64,000 bases of DNA from Octopus sinensis. Taxonomy: Eukaryota. Position numbers and translations under genes: made by a program. Where the stretch lies: positions 37,563-101,562 of the forward strand of contig NW_021832834.1 in the NCBI RefSeq assembly GCF_006345805.1, written 5' to 3'. Positions 40,501 through 52,900 of the stretch are shown piece after piece. The notes beneath the pieces are model-generated. The model saw nothing but the letters and a program-made list of their open reading frames with translations, made no database searches and was not told the origin of the DNA. Each line of letters begins with the position of its first letter. The stretch's first letter is position 1.

Positions 40501-43406
40501 CCTGTAAACCTGTCGCGCTAACAGCGACGTGTTCAGTTTCCAGTAACCGGGACCCTGCCTATGTGTTTTATCTAAGTCGAGCGTACACGTAACAAATTTG
40601 TGATCTGTGTAGCTGACTATTTTAAATTGTGGACATCCTACACTATCCCAATCCTCTGTCCTGCATAGAATTCTATCTAGATAAGATCTCGACGATCCGA
40701 CGCGGTTTGTCCAAGTCCACGTTGGCACGTTCGGATGGTCGAGTCGGAACCTGTCAGACAAATGGAAACGTCTGAGCAGGTCTTTGAGGCTCTTACACCC
40801 CCTTCTATTCCTATCCCTTCCCACATAATCTAGATGCGTGTCCAAGGTGCGTTCCAATCTCCTACTAACAGTAAAGGTCTAGACGTACCCAGGAAAACCT
40901 CTAGACGTCTGAAGAAATCCGCCCGACGCGTTAAGGACGGTGCATAAACTGCCATCAGACGGAATGCACACCCATTTCTGCCATCCACGTCCAAGACAAC
41001 CAGCCTACCCTCCGGGTCTAGGAATATTGTTCTTATTTTTACATTTAGACTCTTTCGAAAAAGCACCGCGGTACCTCCACCACCCATGTTCGGCAGACAG
41101 GGAGAAAAATAAATGTCAAATTGATTGCCAAACATGGACTCGAGGGCCCGCGGCTTACTGAGTCTGGTTTCACTGATACCTACTATATCCACGTTCAGTG
41201 ACTTGATGTCGTGGTAACCTTGCTTCCAAGCCGACGCCAAGCCACGCGCATTCACACAACCTAATTTAAGCATACTTGACATTTACGAAAATTAGGTTTT
41301 ACACACTACATTAGAAGAGACAAGAGGCAAGAGGGGTCACTTACTCATTTTAAAAGTTTCATTTTTTCTTCTTTTGTATTGTTTTTGATGAGGTGTTTGT
41401 ATAGTTTTTTCGACAGGTATCGTTGAAACCCGCCTACCGCATTCGGAAATATTGTTTTCAGTATGTGGTGTTGTGCTTGTGTTATGTGTAAAATTCTGAT
41501 GTGTTTTGGTGGTGTGGTGTGCGGATGATTGTTTGTCTTAAAGTCATCTTCATAGATGACCGTGTTGGATGTGATGTAGTCCATTAATTCTTTATTGTCT
41601 GCGTCTATTGCAGTTAGTTGTGTATGTGGTTTTACGGGTTCATTGCTTTTTTGATTGTCTAGGGGGATGTTGTCCGGAGTTAGATATCTCCCTGCTTTAC
41701 TTCCTTGTTTGGTGGATTTTTGGGATCTTTTCCTTTTACCCCCTGTGGCTATTTGCCATTCCGTCGAACTTTCGTCGTCCGACGTATCAGTATGGGGTAG
41801 AGGCAAAGCATTTGGGTTCATATGTATGCTTGTAGAAATTGTTGATGTTTTGTGCGGTGTTTGTGTTGTTGTGGTGTTAGGGGTAGAATTTGTCTTCTCG
41901 TCACTGTTTTCTGTCTTTTTAATTGTCGTCCTCGGTGTGGGTGTTGGTCTATTTTTTGTTGATTTGACATGTTGAATTGGTTGTGACGTCAACGGTGATT
42001 GTGTTGGTACTGTTTCTTTTCTTGGTGATGTTGTTGTGGTTTGTTTGCTGGTTTGTTGTTTTTCTTGGCATTGTTCCATAATTGAGTGTGTTGGTGTTGG
42101 TGTTGGCAACAAGGGTTTTTTTATTTGTTTTCTGATTTGTTCTTTCTTGTTTTTTCTGTACCAGAGCACAGTTGGCAATTAAATTTTCGGTGCTGCCACA
42201 GTTGTAGTATCTAGGTTTTTTGCCTTCTGCTATAATATATAGGCTTTGCCCATTTTCCAAGTGGATCTTATGCGGTAGGCTCTCGATAGAGGCCCCCTCA
42301 ATCTGTATGGTCACCACTATAGTTTTTCCACCTCAATTGTCGTTTAGGTACACGGCGGTTTCCAAAATATTGATAGTTTTCAAATGATAACAGATTGCCC
42401 CGGTTATCTATTTGTTAGGAATGTCGGGGGGTACATTTTTAATAGTGATTCGACTCACTCTCTGATTTTTGTAGTATGGGACCATGATGATATCATCATT
42501 TTCCAAAGACTCAGTAGAGTGAGCTTTTGCCACTTCCTGGTTAGGGAAGCGGACCACTACTGTGTTAAACTGGGGACCCCAGTTTATGTATTCTTTTTTT
42601 TCATTATGTTTTTTAAGCATTTTTCTACATCCGTTTTTGTAATCTGTTCATTTAGTTTTTTGTTTTTCTTATAATTTTATAAATAATTGTCTTATTTTCT
42701 ATTTCTTGCTTTATGTGTTGAGGTGTATGTAGCACTAAATCTTGCCCTCTGGTTGTAAAGAGAGATCTTGTTTCTAAAAGTTCTTCGTTCGTGAAATGTA
42801 TAATCTGTTTCTTCTGACGCAGAGTGTCAGCGAAATTTGTTGGTGCTGTTAATTCTGTTATATTAACATCTTCACTATTAGATAGTTCATTTTTATTGTT
42901 GTTCTTGTTGTTGCTGTTGTTTTTGTCAATAGTTTTCGTGTGAGTTTTATTTTTATCATTTATGTTGGTGGTGGTGGTGGTGTCGGTGGTGTCGGTAGCA
43001 GTAGTAGTCTCGTGGTTGCTGTTGTTAGTGGTGGTGGTGGTGGTGACAGGGCTGTTACCGCACGTGGTTGCAGCGTTCATTCCACCGATATTCATGTTTG
43101 CACTTTGCGTGCATGTGTTCTTTTTTCCTCTCCTAGCGTTTCCAAACTAGGAAAATGCTGGTCCATAAAGGAACGTGACCAGCGTTCTACAATAAAATTT
43201 CTCGACATTTTCTAATGTCGAGAAGAAAATTACAGAAATGAAATGGGGTTGAGACTGCCCCTAGGGGCGAATTCCTCCCTTGGAAAAGCACTCAAACGAA
43301 AGTCGGGTGCCTTACACAACTTATTTACAAAAATGTACACAAAATATGGGCTATAAATAGTCAAAATAAGCGATTACCTTCGGAGCCGAAGTGACAGCAC
43401 GTCCGT
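37550..43406 (-). mobile_element. Tx1-clade LINE copy A, full length, frameshifted
   Basis: 5' end acggacgtgctgtcac. ORF1 pieces at 41345-43095. ORF2 pieces at 40830-41282 (EN), 39010-40857 (RT, AYADD) and 38137-38958. Flanked by GATA tracts on both sides. Confidence 0.95.
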
Positions 43407-43472
43407 AGATGGATGGATAGATAGATAGAAAGATAGATGGATAAATAGATAGATAGTTAGATATATATATAT

Positions 43473-43529
<57 letters not shown>

Positions 43530-46365
43530 CACGTTTCTTTATTTGCCACACAGGGCTGCACACAGACAGGACAAATTACAAGGTAGAGCTTTTCTTTTGG
43601 GGGTAAAAAAAGGGGGTTTGGTTTTCGATCAAAAGGGATCGTAAAGGGAAAGAAAGAGGACAAAAACGGGGTAATAAAATTTTTTAAAAAAAGGGAGGGG
43701 AAAGGGAAAGGAAAAAAAAATTGATCAATAGGGATCGTTATCACAGAAATGTCAATATGAAGTGTAAAGGGGAGGACAGGTGAGGTTTACCCGTGGAAAG
43801 AAAAGCCTACGGAAAAGACTACGGTAACCTCGGTGAATGAAGACACATGTTATATTTCTTTTTTTATTTTTTGCAAATAAGCAACTCTCTGTATTAATTT
43901 TTACGGTTCATAGAATGGTGGCTTCGTCATTCATACGTGCCATCCTTTGCTACATTCACCCATCTTTTTTTAAAACATTCACTAGACAAAACTTGCCTCT
44001 TTACTCTCACTTTCTTCTTCAAGTGATACTTGAAGAAGTGGATGAGAGATTGACCAGAGAGGAAAGTGTTTGTCTCTAATCCTTTCAGGCGCGTCCACCA
44101 GATACATTCTTTCGCCATAGCCACAAGTATGATAAAAATAGCTCTTCCTTCCCGTTTGAAGGAAGGAGGTGTGACGATATTAACGATAGACTCGGCTGAT
44201 AAACAGACACGTCCCACACGTGACAGCAGTCGTTCGACATAAGCCCACAGGTCGGAAATTGCTGGACACTGCACGATTGAGTGCAGAGCGGTTTCGTCGC
44301 TCTGCCCGCATCTCGGGCAGGTCGGCCCCGTGTTTCTCAAGCCATGCCTATAGAGCTTATCCCGAACGGGTAGCGCTTCTCGGTAGCACCGCCAGGCCAG
44401 GGATCTCTGGAAGTTGTACATAGGTCTCGGCCCGAAAGTCGTTTCAAACAGGCGGGTCAGGTATTCCTCGTCGACGCCCAGGTTTGCTCCAATATCGTCG
44501 TCGTACCTCCCCTCCACTAATCCCCTATAGAATACTTTGGTTGTGTTGAAGTCACTCAAGGTCGACCCAGGACAGCAGAGTTACTTGAGAGCAACGCGAC
44601 ACTCGCGGTGCCATTCGCCCTTCCTCGGCCTCTTTTTGATCCACGACTGCAGTTCGGTCATAGAGCCGGAGATGTCGCAGTCTCAGCGCGTGTCTGCGCA
44701 TCATCAACCACGGCATGCCCAGCCCTCCTTTTAACGGGTGTTAACAGCAAATGGATCGCCTGACTATCGGAACGCATCCTTTCCACAAGAAGCGGAAGAG
44801 AATGCGTTCTAGTTTGGTGATGGTAGGGTCGGGACAAGGTACGACGGTCAGGCGGTAGTAGATGATGGACGCGATGTACGTGTTCGCCACCTCCGCCCGA
44901 CCTTTTAGGGACAGTTTCCTGTGACCACCCTACTCGTTATATCGTTCCAGTTCTTCTCCATTTGGAGGTCCGGACCAAACCAGATCCCGAGCAACTCAAC
45001 CGGGCCGTCCGTCCAGCGTCCCACGACGGAGGTACTGGTGGACGGCATGGGCTTGTATCTCCAGGTGCCGAGTCGCAATCCTACTGACTTTTCCGGTTGA
45101 TTTTTGCTCCTGTCACCGCTTCGTAGTCTTTCAGTGTCTCGCCGATCAGCTCTCGATGTGCTCGTGGCTTGACACTATGACGGTGACGTTGTCCGCGTAT
45201 GCAGACACGCTCGTCCCGCATCCCAATTCTCGCGGGATGCCCCTCAGAGTCGCCAGCTTCCGCAGTAGTGGCTCAAGAGTCAATACGTATAGAAGCGCCG
45301 AGAGGGGGCATCCCTGACGGACCGAACGTGCAATGTCGAAAGGTCTCGATAGATGTCCATTTACGCGAATTACCGAACGAATGCCTCTGTACAAGGCAAC
45401 TATCCAGCCGCGGAAGACGGGACCGAAACCAGCCGCTCTCAGGACTGCCTCCAAGTATCGATGGTCTACCTTATCGAAGGCTTTCGATTGATCCAAGTTG
45501 ATCAGGGCCCCACCCATGCCAGGTTCCTTAACTACTCTGTCTATGATGTAGCGCATCAGATGGAGGTTGTCATGGATGGTCTGGCCCGGCACGGCGCACG
45601 TTTGTGCGTTGTTGACCAGTTTCTCGATGACAAACGCCAACCTCTTGGCTAACACCTTTGTCAAAATTTTCAGGTCTGCATTGAGCAGAGTGATTGGTCT
45701 AAAGTTATCTATAATGTTCCCCTTGTTTTGATCTTTCTTCAGCAGCGTTACGGCTCCTCGACTCACAAAACCGGGTATGCTCCCGTTTTGCTGCCAGTTG
45801 CAGTATACCGCTGCCAAGACATCTCCAAACAAGTCTGGCATACAATTGTAAAACTCGTAGTGCAGACCATCCAAACCCGGCGATTTGTCCCTCGAACATT
45901 CTGCCATCGCGTCCCGCACATCCACCGCCGTGATGGCACCTTCGCAGCACTCTGCCTCTCTTGCCGAGAGTCGTGGTAGGCTGTGCAGGTAAGCACTGAA
46001 GTCCACCCTGCGTTCACGCTCGCCACTCGTCCCGTACAGTCGGGCAAAGTGCCGATTAAATGTCTCGCACATCTTGCTGGACTCGAGCAATTCGCGCCCT
46101 TGTCCATTACCAGAGACCGAATGGTGGCTTTGTTGCCCTGCTGCGCCTCCGCCACCCGGGCCTCCCTCGCGGCTCCAACACCTTGCATCCTTAGAGCACG
46201 CATCCTAGCCCTGAGAGCGCACCCTTCGTGTTTGGCGTTGAAGTGTTGGTCAAGGGCCAACCTCGCCGCTAAAACGTCGGATGTGATGCCGCTTCTTATT
46301 GCCTCTTCAAACTTCTTAACTAACTCACCCTCCACTCTATTTCTATCTACGGCTAGTGCCTTGCT

Positions 46366-46367
<2 letters not shown>
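43530..46367 (-). mobile_element. Tx1-clade LINE copy B, 5'-truncated
   Basis: RT in ORF 45146-46090; CCHC CPRCGQSDETALHSIVQC in ORF 43927-44559; 3' end cagccctgtgtggcaaataaagaaac. GATA on both sides. Confidence 0.95.
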
Positions 46368-46444
<77 letters not shown>

Positions 46445-46659
46445 TGTGTGTGTATATGTTTGTGTGCCTGTGTTTGTCCCCACGATATCGCTTGTCAATC
46501 GATGCTGGTGTCTTTACGACGGTTCGGCAAAATGAGAGCGATTGAATAAGTAATAGGCTTACAAAAATATGTCTAGTGTCGATTTGTCTGTCTAAAGGCG
46601 GTGCTCCAGCATGGCCACAGTCAAATGACAAAACCGAGTAAAACAGTAAAGAGTTAAGA

Positions 46660-46690
<31 letters not shown>

Positions 46691-46692
<2 letters not shown>

Positions 46693-46977
46693 AAAAAAGC
46701 AATAAGAATGGGTTAAAATATCGGTACAATTGTTTCGTACGAGGACATCTTTAATAAGCTACAAAAAATGCAGTAAATATAGATGGCTCCTACTCATCAG
46801 CCGAAAAAACATCAGAGATTCCCAAACATCAAAAGGGGTTGTTTGGGAATCTCTGATGTTTTTTCGGCTGATGAGTACGAGCCATCTAAATTTACTGCAT
46901 TTTTTGTAGCTTATTAAAGATGTCCTCGTACGAAACAATTGTACCGATATTTTGACCCATTCTTGTTGCTTTTTTCC
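46691..46977. repeat. 287-bp palindrome (138-bp arms, 11-nt spacer, about 4 mismatches)
   Basis: 46691-46828 is the reverse complement of 46840-46977. Confidence 0.95.
46864..46947 (+). ncRNA. Type-I hammerhead ribozyme with intact core (mirror copy on the minus strand at 46721-46804)
   Basis: Stem I TCGG/CCGA; CTGATGA at 46868-46874; stem II GTACGAG/CTCGTAC; GAAA at 46932-46935; palindromic CAATTG; GUA cleavage triplet. Confidence 0.85.
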
Positions 46978-47647
46978 AATTTGCTTCTTTCCTATTTGTA
47001 ATCACCCCACTTGTCGTATGGTTAACACCATATAGATTTCTGGTGCATCCTAGTTAAGGACCATATTCATGTGAATTCATTAGAACTCACTTGAATCTCA
47101 ATTACTTAAACCGATTATATATATATATATATATATATATAATGCCGATATGGGAATTTTTTGAAATTCCCCCTACCTCTAGGAAAAATTTTTTTCAAAG
47201 AATTCCAATATAATCAGCATGTACACTATATGTCAAAAATTATATTAAAAGTATTAACCTTTCTTTCAGTTAAAAGGAAGCAAAAGAAGTTTATATTTAA
47301 CGCATATAAAAATTTCATATTTATGAATAGTGTTAAGGGAAGTAAGTCTGAATTATAGAGTAGCCTCCCTTGAAATCCTTACATCGAAGGTTTTAGCAGT
47401 TAGCTCTTTACCTTGGATTTCTTTCATCCATTGGATAGTGGCCATGTTGGAGCACCGCCTTCAAGAGCTTCTGTCGGGTTAAATGGACCTGTTTATTTAT
47501 TTATTTGTAATCTGTCCTTACATCAAATACGACCAGGTTACTCCCACCCCCGGATCAATAAAGATTACTCTTGTCTCTAAATCAAGTTTTTCTTGAGCAG
47601 AACTATGACCCCCCCCCTTCTCACAAATGACAGATAAGGGGAGACGT

Positions 47648-48190
47648 TTAACTACCCTGTCTATGATGTAGCGCATCAGGATGGCACGTATGAATGACGA
47701 AACCACCTTGAGCATAATCCTATGAACCCAGAAATTGAAAACAGAGGTTTACCCACTTGCAAACAAATGTGGTAACATATAACAATATTGACCAAGGTTA
47801 CCGTGGTCTTTTTCGTAGGCTTTTCTTCCCACGGATAAACCTTACTTGCTTTCCCCTTTACACCATATATCATAACACCGTGATACACGATCCCTATTGA
47901 TCGGTTTTTTTTCCTCTTCTCCTTTTTTCCCCTTTTTTCTTCTTTTTTCATTTCTCTTTTCTTTTGTTCCTTTTCCTTTTCTTTTTTTTATTTTTCTTTT
48001 TTCTTTTTTATTTTATTTATTTTTTTTTGTTCTTTTCTTCCCTTTTACGATCCCTCTTGATCGAAAACCTACGCCACCCCTTTTTTTGTTTCTTTTGCTT
48101 TTTTGTTTTTTTCATCCCCCAAAAGAAAAGCTCTACCTTGTAACTTGTCCCATCTGTGTGCAGCCCTGTGTGGCCAATAAAGAAACTTAT
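47648..48190 (+). mobile_element. Tx1 copy C: 3' end with a 32-bp inverted 5' piece
   Basis: 47648-47679 is antisense RT sequence. From 47680 it is the sense ORF2 end plus 3' UTR, followed by TATC. Confidence 0.85.
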
Positions 48191-48209
48191 CTCTCTACCT
48201 CTCTCTCAC

Positions 48210-48281
<72 letters not shown>

Positions 48282-48293
48282 CCTTTTTCTCAC

Positions 48294-48369
<76 letters not shown>

Positions 48370-48381
48370 AGTATCTACCTG

Positions 48382-48442
<61 letters not shown>

Positions 48443-48453
48443 ATGTCTGTCTA

Positions 48454-48504
<51 letters not shown>

Positions 48505-48533
48505 GTCTGTCTGCCTGCCTGCCTATCTGTCTG

Positions 48534-48616
<83 letters not shown>

Positions 48617-48654
48617 CTATCTATCTATCTATCTGCCTGTGTATCTATCTATCT

Positions 48655-49726
48655 ATGCACCGCGAGTGTCGCGTTGCTCTCAAGCAACTCTGCCGTCCTG
48701 GGTCGACCTGGAGTGACTTCAACACAACCAAAGCATTCTATAGGGGTGTAGTGGAGGGGAGGTACGACGACGAGCTCGGGGCGAACCTGGACGTCGACGA
48801 GGAGTACCTGACCCGCCTGTTCAGGACGACTTTCGGACCAGGGCCCATGGACAACTTCCAGAGATCCCTGGCCTGGCAGTGCTACCGAGAAGCGCTACCC
48901 GTTCGGGATAAGCTCTACAGACACGGCTCGAGAAACACGGGGCCGACCTGCTCGAGATGCGGTCAGAGCGACGAAACCGTTCTGCACGCACTCGTGCAGT
49001 GTCCAACAATTTCCGACCTGTGGGCTTATGTCGAACAACTGCTGTCACGTGTGGGACGAGTCGGTTTATCAGCTGAGTCTATCGTCAATATTGTCACGCC
49101 TCCCTCCTTCAAACGGGAAGGAAGAGCTATTTTCATAATCCTTGTGGCTATGGCGAAAGAATGTATCTGGTGGACGCGTCTGAAAGGATTGGAGACAAAC
49201 ACTTTCCTCTCTGGTCAATCTCTCAGCAACTTCTTCAAGTACCACTTGAAAAGGAAAGTGAGAGTAGAGAGGCAAGTTTTGTCTAGCGAATGTTTTAAAA
49301 AAAAATGGGTGAATGTAGCAAGAATGGCACGTATGAATGACGAAGCCACCTTGAGCATGATCCTATGAACCCAGAAATTGAAAACAGAGAGTTGCTTATT
49401 CGCAAAAAAAAAAGAAATATAACATGTGACTCCATTGACCGAGGTCACCGTGGTCTTTTCCGTAGGCTTTTCTTTCCACGGGTAAACCTCACCTGTCCTC
49501 CCCTTTACACTTCATATTGACATTTCTGTGATAACGATCCCTATTGATCAATTTTTTTTCTTCCTCTCCCCCTTTTTTTTAACCCCCTTTTTTTGTCCTC
49601 TTTCTCTCCTTTTACGATCCCTTTTGATCGAAACTCCCCCTTCCTTTTTTTTTTAAAACCTTCAAAAGAAAAGCTCTACCTTGTAATTTGTTCTGTGTGC
49701 AGCCCTGTGTGGCTAATAAAGAAACA
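48655..49726 (+). mobile_element. Tx1 copy D, 5'-truncated
   Basis: ORF 48655-49368 is the ORF2 C-terminus with a CCHC knuckle. TATC on both sides. Confidence 0.95.
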
Positions 49727-49853
<127 letters not shown>

Positions 49854-49866
49854 ATATGTCTGTCTG

Positions 49867-49960
<94 letters not shown>

Positions 49961-52900
49961 GACGGACGTGCTGTCACCTCGACTCCGAAGGTAATCGTTT
50001 ATTTTGATTATTTATAGCCCATATTTTGTGTACATTTTTGTAAATAAGGTGTGAAAGGCACGCAACTTTCGTTTGAGTGCTTTTCCAAGGGAGGAATTCG
50101 CCCCTAGGGGCAGTTTCAACCCTATTTAATTTTTGTAATTTCTTTCTCGACATTTTGAAAATGTCGAGAAAGAAATTACAAAAAGGATGGTCGCGTTCCT
50201 TTATCGACCAGCTTTCTCCTAGTCTGGAAACGCTAGGAGAAAAAAAGAATTTATGCGCGCAAAGTAAAATCATCAATGACTTTGCAATGAACGCTGCAAC
50301 CACTTGTAGTAACAGCCCTGTCAGCAACACCACCACTAGCAAGAACAACAAAGAGACTACTACTGTTACCACCACCGCCTTCACCACCACCACCACCACC
50401 ACCACTGCCGCCACCTCATCCACTACCTCAACTACCAACAACAACAACAATAACAATGACAACAAAAAAAAAATTTCGCCACCATTTCGACATCTGCTGC
50501 CACGGCTGTCTCTTCTGCCACTGACACCACCACCAACAACAAAAACAACAATAACAACAACAACAATTCCGTTCAGACCTGTTTTACTCCAACAACAAGA
50601 ACTGAAGGGAATAAACAAAAGACTGTGACCACCAAACAAATTGACAAAAGCTGCTTGAATACAGGGATAAACCATGCAAGTAATTTTCCACCCCTTCCTA
50701 CTTGCACAATCAAACCAAATACACCGATTTTACCAACTGCAGCCAACAACAACATCACCACCAGCAACAACAATAACAAAACAACAACAAATTTCGCCGA
50801 GGCGATAAAAGAATAAAAGACCACAGTATATTTTACTGCACAACAAATAAAAGACACGAACATTTCAATAACGGAAGTAGATGGTATAGTAAAAATAAAC
50901 ATACCACAAGAAATATTAGAAGATGAAAAAAAAAAGAACAATTATTTATAAAATAATTAATAAGAAAACAAAAAGTCCAGAGAAGGCTAACACAAGCAAA
51001 ATAGAAAAATGCTTGAAACCCATCTGGAACTACAAACAGTATGTGACCTGGTGGAACAAGTTCGCACACATACAAGTGGTCTTCCACACTGAAGAGTTAG
51101 CAAGACGTTTCTCAACGCTAACTCTTCATTCAGATGAACTTCAACTAACACCAAGCTGTCGTGGACAGAAAGTGACTAAGATCACTTTAAACAATGTCCC
51201 CAAAATAGCTAACAATCTATGGCTAGTAAAGGCCTTACGTGTGAAAATGGAAGATTTCACAATTTTACAAACTACGGTCACGGAGCATAAAAACTGGGTG
51301 GGGAAAATTTCTACTACATATAAACCAAGAGGACATAAAGAAAATACCCACCCAGATATGTGTATCAGAAGACCACAAGTTGTATGTGGTCGTCGATGTA
51401 CCACGTTGGTACATATGCGGCAGTGAGCAATACCTAAAAAAAGACTGCAAATCTGCCGCAAGAAAACAACAGCAACAACAACAGCACCCGGAAAAAACAA
51501 ATAAACCAGCTTTACTACCCACACCACGTTTTGCACGAACAGGACTAATCACAGAAAACCAACAAAAAACAAACCTCACCAACCAAACAACCACACCAAC
51601 TGCACCAAGAACAGAAGCAACACCACCAACAACAACATCCAAGAATAAACCAACTCCCAAACCAAGGACATCTGCCAAAAAGACACTCATCGAAAATGAA
51701 GAAACAATTACTACTCCAAATCCCCACAAAATTGACACCCCAAACAACACAACAATACCTACAATCACTCAAACACAAAATACCCACACACCACCTCCAA
51801 AACCGCATACACCACAACCTAACGCTCACCAACCAGCACCAACAACAAAATCAACACAGTCTACAATAGACCCCAATATTTTCCCTCTTCCAAGCTCTGA
51901 TTCTTCTGATTTGTCATTAGACGAAGAAGACACAGAAGATTGGCAAATAGCCACAGGGGGGAGAAGAAAAAGGGGAAAAAAAGAAAAGAAAAGATAAAAG
52001 ATAACAAACAAAGCAGGAAGATTCACCACTCCCGAAACAAAAACATCCACAGAAAACAAACACATCAACACAAACACACCATCATCAAACCCCCCAACAA
52101 TGTTGACAGCCATAAACACAAACAACCACGACCTAATGGAACACATTAGGTCAAACACCAACATAACTGAAAACGACATAAAAACAAGTAACCACCCACG
52201 CACAACACCACCACAACACATTAAAATAATACACGTAACACAGAACACATACAGCAACCTGAAATCTCTTTACCCTGATGCAGTAGGGAGATTTCAAAAG
52301 TATTCATCAAAGAAACTATACAAATCCCTCATAGAAGAAGACTGTGAGGTGAAAAACAAAGGACTTTCGAACAACAAGTAACCTTTTATCTCTCTCTTTC
52401 CTCTTTTGCACTTTCTTTTCGTGTGTAAAACACAATTTTTATCGGAACATGCTCAGAATAGGCAGTATAAATGTACGTGGCTTGGGGGTCGCCTTGGAAA
52501 CAAGGCTACCTGTTAAATGACATCAAGTCACTAAATCTGAATATCATAACCATGAGTGAGACCAGACTCCACAGCTTGCGGGCACTCCAGCACAGTTTCG
52601 GTACACATTTCAACATTTATTTTTCTCCGTGTCTACCGAGAATGGGCGGAGGTGGCTCCGCGGTGCTTCTCCGGAAGAGTCTGGATCTCAAAGTAAGGGC
52701 AATTTTCCTAGACCCGGAGGGTAGGCTGGTCGTTTCGGATGTCGATGGCAGCAATGAGTGTGCTTTTCGACTGATAGCAGTTTATGCTCCGTCCTTAACA
52801 GGCCGACCAGATTTCTTTCGACGTCTAGAGTCTTTCATGGGAACGTCTCGTCCTTTACTTTTAGTGGGGGATTGGAATGCCACCCTGGACACGCATCTAG

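Noticed and set aside
47897-48370. Phe-rich ORFs resembling membrane proteins
   Set aside because: They come from the T-rich Tx1 3' UTR plus microsatellite.
49974-50675. 233-aa hydrophobic antisense ORF (and similar ones at 41655-41975 and 51265-51768)
   Set aside because: These are antisense of ACC/AAC-rich Tx1 ORF1 codons, which gives Val/Gly/Leu runs automatically.
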